A DNA stretch of 63,222 bases, filler included, from Perkinsus chesapeaki ATCC PRA-425 (lineage: Eukaryota > Protista > Perkinsozoa): the NCBI GenBank assembly GCA_013115145.1. It is 5 parts of 5 records of this genome, joined end to end, with 100 filler letters (N's around TTAATTAATTAA, not from the genome) between each part and the next. Parts side by side here need not be neighbours in the genome. Positions count along the whole stretch, not along the records: positions 57,423 to 61,507 come from JAAPAO010001322.1; positions 61,608 to 63,222 come from JAAPAO010001865.1; 3 more parts are not named here. One strand, given 5' to 3'. Each line of letters opens with the position of its first letter. The stretch's first letter is position 1. Positions 59,850-63,222 of this stretch are shown piece by piece. A program made the translations under genes and the position numbers. Below the pieces are notes generated by a model. It ran no database searches, had not been told where the DNA came from, and saw only the letters and a program-made list of their open reading frames with translations.

Positions 59850-61375
59850 ATGTCTAGACGGCAAGAGTTCCTCACTTACGAAGGCCTCAGATTGGACGGC
59901 AGAAGGCCGAACGAGATCAGATATCTCACGTTGAAGATCGGAGATGCTCCTAATGCCGACGGCAGCGCTACATTACAGCAGGTAGTATTTCTGATAGAAA
60001 AATCGTAAAATCTTTGCGTCAGGGCCTTACTAAGGTAGTAGCCCACGTGTTCGGGCCTCGACCCCTCCAGGCTGCCTCGACTGGTCGGGCCTCGGGGAAC
60101 TCTAGTAAGGCAGGCGAAGCTATTGTTAATGTAATACCAGGGTCGGGTGAAAGTATGGCGGCAGCACGTCAATCTTACCTGCTTTTTGTATTATATTTAT
60201 TATCAGTAGTTCTTAGAAAGTATCTTCCACAAGATACGTTTTAGGTCGTTTACCGCACTGCCTCCTTTGCCACAATCGACCGTAAGCGTCGAACTACCGG
60301 TGATCGGAACAGTACAGAGAGACAGTTGTGGCTTCAGAGGACCATACAGGATGCAGTCCTAACGGAGATGTAATATCAGGGATTTCGGGGACTCGAGGAA
60401 GTGGATATATTTCGCCTGTTGCATATAGCGGGTGATGCCGAGATGGGCTCGCAGATGCTCCTTGTGGGAGCTAGTAGTGTCAGAAGTCAACTAACTTATT
60501 GGTTGGCTGATCTTATTATGTGGTACGGGTGAGCATCGCTAGGCAGCAGCCAGCTAGCCTCATACGTGTTCCTGGGGCAGGGAAAATCGTTCGTAGTGCG
60601 GAGATAACAGGAATGTTCCTAGACCAGGATGAAATGTCAAAGTTAATTTCTTCTGTGAACAACTCACTCCCTGAATGGAAGGCTGTTGCCGGGTAGTTAT
60701 TTCTACTGAGTTGACGTTTGTTTTAAGCTCCGCGTTTCGTACACACTCCACGAGACTCTCCACTACTAATAATGTTTCTTATGGACATCCCAGATCAACC
60801 GAGGAGGGCCGGCGTATTTTTATTGGCTCTCGTGGCAGGTTCCCAAGGTCCTGCATAGACGTGAATCTCACTATCCTCCAAGAGGATGGTTCAGCTCTTG
60901 CGGCCTGTACGAATGCGGCAGCAGCGGCACTAGTTGATGCTGGCATACCTATTAAAGATATGTTTGGGGCATGTAATAAGGGGAATGGAATGGGTAACTT
61001 AGGCGCCGTTCGCTTCGTGTAGGGCTCTACTATCGGCTGCTGGGATGATCTGTGTTCGGGCTGTCTCAGTGGCGAGGCCGGGTTCTAGGATATCTCGATA
61101 ATGATTTGCAGAATGAATTTATTCCATGCTTTCTTGTGGACTGGAGGAAGACCGTGTGCTGTATCATATCCGCATTTGGGAAATATTCCAGCCGTATTTT
61201 AATGAGGCTGTTCGGCGGCTGTTCGGCTTTGAATCATTTGTGAAAGTGGCCGTTCTGCCAGGCACGGTGGGCTTGGTCAATAACCAGAGGCCAGTAGTGG
61301 ATATTAATCATGCTGAAGCGCAGGGGTGTGGAGGAGCTATGGTCACGGTTGCTGTCTATCAACGACGGAAGGAGG
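59850..61375 (+). CDS. RRP41: exosome complex component RRP41/EXOSC4, multi-exon, 3' end interrupted by minisatellite and gap
   Basis: GLRLDGRRPNEIR, ADGSA..Q|GLTKVVAHVFGP, FPRSCIDVNLTILQEDGSALAACTNAAAAALVDAGIPIKD, VVDINHAE...VTVAV. Confidence 0.95.
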
Positions 61376-61436
61376 TACTAATAGGGAATACAGATGAAGA
61401 GGGGACGGTAATGAGATAGGATGCTAAATAATGGTT

Positions 61437-61507
61437 CTATCAAACTCCTTTCTATTATATCTCCTCCTCCGTATCACTAGTAACATATTTCCTATCAAAC
61501 TCCTTTC
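61437..61507. repeat. 55-bp minisatellite abutting gap
   Basis: Same unit as 1-55, inside the last visible RRP41 intron. Confidence 0.9.
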
Positions 61508-61607
61508 NNNNNNNNNNNNNNNNNNNNNNNNNNNNNNNNNNNNNNNNNNNNTTAATTAATTAANNNNNNNNNNNNNNNNNNNNNNNNNNNNNNNNNNNNN
61601 NNNNNNN

Positions 61608-63222
61608 ACGAGAAGATCCAAGAGCTCTTGGCCTTCTTCAAGTCCTGTGAGGTCAGTGTGTCGAACGACAAGGTGCACTTCGCGTCCCCAACCCTTCCCG
61701 CACTCGGTCTTCAACTGACGTCTAATGGTTGGGCCATTAGCAATGAGAAGCTGGACGAGATGAGGGTGCTTCTTCAGGAGTTGCCGACTACCAGAGAGTC
61801 GTTAAGGACGGTCTTGGGACTACTGCAGTACTGTCGCTCTAGCTTTGACTATAAGGCTGGCCCGAGTGAATTCTCCAGTATCGTAAGTCGAGTCTCCACT
61901 GTTTTAGCAGGCCGAGGCAAACTGGTCTGGACCACGGAAGCGAAGAATGCCTACCGTCTTCTTTGTGACCGGTTCCAACAACGTTTCCTCTCGTTCCTAG
62001 ATATCCGTGAGCTGAACGCCGAGGTCAAGTTCGTCGTACAAGTGGATGCTAGTAATCAGGCGATTGGTTACGTCTTGTGGTATCTCCCAGTTGGTATGTC
62101 GGTCTCTGTTGACTCCCTGGTACATGCTGGCAGAATGCTTCACTGGGGATGCCGAAAGCTGACTTCAGCTGAAAGTGTCTGGCCTTCCTGGGATAGGGAG
62201 GGTTTTGCCATCTACATTGCCCTGACGACATACTACCGGTGGTTGGTTGGAGGACCTAATGTCATCACCATTCTCTCCGATAATACTGGTTGTCTGGCCA
62301 AGTGGAATGCAACCAGTGCTAATCGGCTACCTATGTCTACTCAAAAGGGGCTTCGTTGGGCTCGCTGGCAGATGGACTTGAGCGGTCTGTTACACTATAA
62401 AAATATTGTCTTCGCTCACGTTCGTGGGGAAGAAAACGGTGTGGCAGATGCTCTGAGTCGCATCACTGAGTCTCTTTTTGGAAGATGCTCTGCTTCCACT
62501 CAGGCTTCCTTCCAGACTTTTGTCACTCATCAGCCTTCCCCTGCGGTTGATTCTTGTGATGATGGCGATCTCAATGATGACCCTACTACTGTTCAGGAGT
62601 ACATGGGTGGGTGGCTGACGCCGGACTTGGCTGGGCCGATTCAGCGAGCTTGCCGACTAGCGCAACCCCAGGATCACAAGACCACATACCTAGGGAAATC
62701 TGTGGCCTCCATCTACGAGAAGGTTAACAGTGGCGAGGACGACTGGCCTTGGCTATCGCGATTCCACTTATTCGATGACTGTCTGATGATGAAGGCGGTA
62801 GCTCCGGTGACTTATAAACCACTCTGGTTGACTGTAGTCCCACACGGTAATATCATGGCTCCTATGCTGGATGGCCAGTCTATCGAAACGCCCATCCGGG
62901 ACTACCTGATGTGGCTAGCCCATTCCCGTCGAGGCAGTGGTCATCCTTCTGCTAGTATGATGAGAGCTCAGCTGAGGACCAAGGTCTGGTGGCCGGCAAT
63001 GGAGCAAGATTGTGCTCAATGGAGGCAGACGTGCCCATCTTGTCAGAGGGAGCATGCTAAGGCTGACCGTAATCTGGGTTACTACAGTGTTAGAAGACTT
63101 CCTGACCGCTTTCATTGCGTGGCCGTGGACTTCACGGGACCGTACATGCTGTCTACTCAAGGCTCTTACAGATACTGTCTTAGTATGCTGGATGTGGCGA
63201 CGGGTTATGTTCGGTTTAGGCC
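61608..63222 (+). mobile_element. Ty3/gypsy-like pol fragment (RT thumb, RNase H, H2C2, integrase start), apparently one uninterrupted frame
   Basis: LRTVLGLLQYCR; VQVDASNQAIGYVL; RKLTSAESVWPSWDREGFAI; SDN; HVRGEENGVADALSR; AHSRRGSGH..WWPAM..CPSCQ; VAVDFTGP..LDVATGY. Domain order RT-RH-IN. Confidence 0.94.

Overview
Eukaryotic, gene-dense draft scaffold with four 100-bp N gaps carrying the artificial TTAATTAATTAA linker (24471-24570, 56092-56191, 57323-57422, 61508-61607). The many 38-75 nt GT-AG introns and the gene content suggest an alveolate, probably Perkinsus-like; this is an inference, not searched. Hand splicing recovers intron-rich genes the ORF track fragments: a BTB/POZ protein, ESS2/DGCR14, a Vti1 SNARE, VPS41 (about 9 kb), a RyR-repeat-like protein, a DnaJ-zinc-finger protein, a stand-alone CheY-like response regulator, RPL14, PP1, a calmodulin-like protein, a Mei2-like RRM protein, a PC4-domain protein and RRP41. 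Intronless genes are ABCG, ENT (partial), three MMPL/RND transporters and a cyclic-nucleotide PDE. Also present: tRNA-Pro(CGG), two Ty3/gypsy pol fragments and several minisatellites. The main unexplained signal is intronic. Seven introns in seven unrelated genes carry tRNA 3'-half/T-arm (B-box) fragments in either orientation. A second spaced motif, ATTNNRTGGCGCG, recurs about ten times, mostly in short introns and also in both orientations. Exon boundaries were called by eye, and family calls come from recalled motifs, not database searches.
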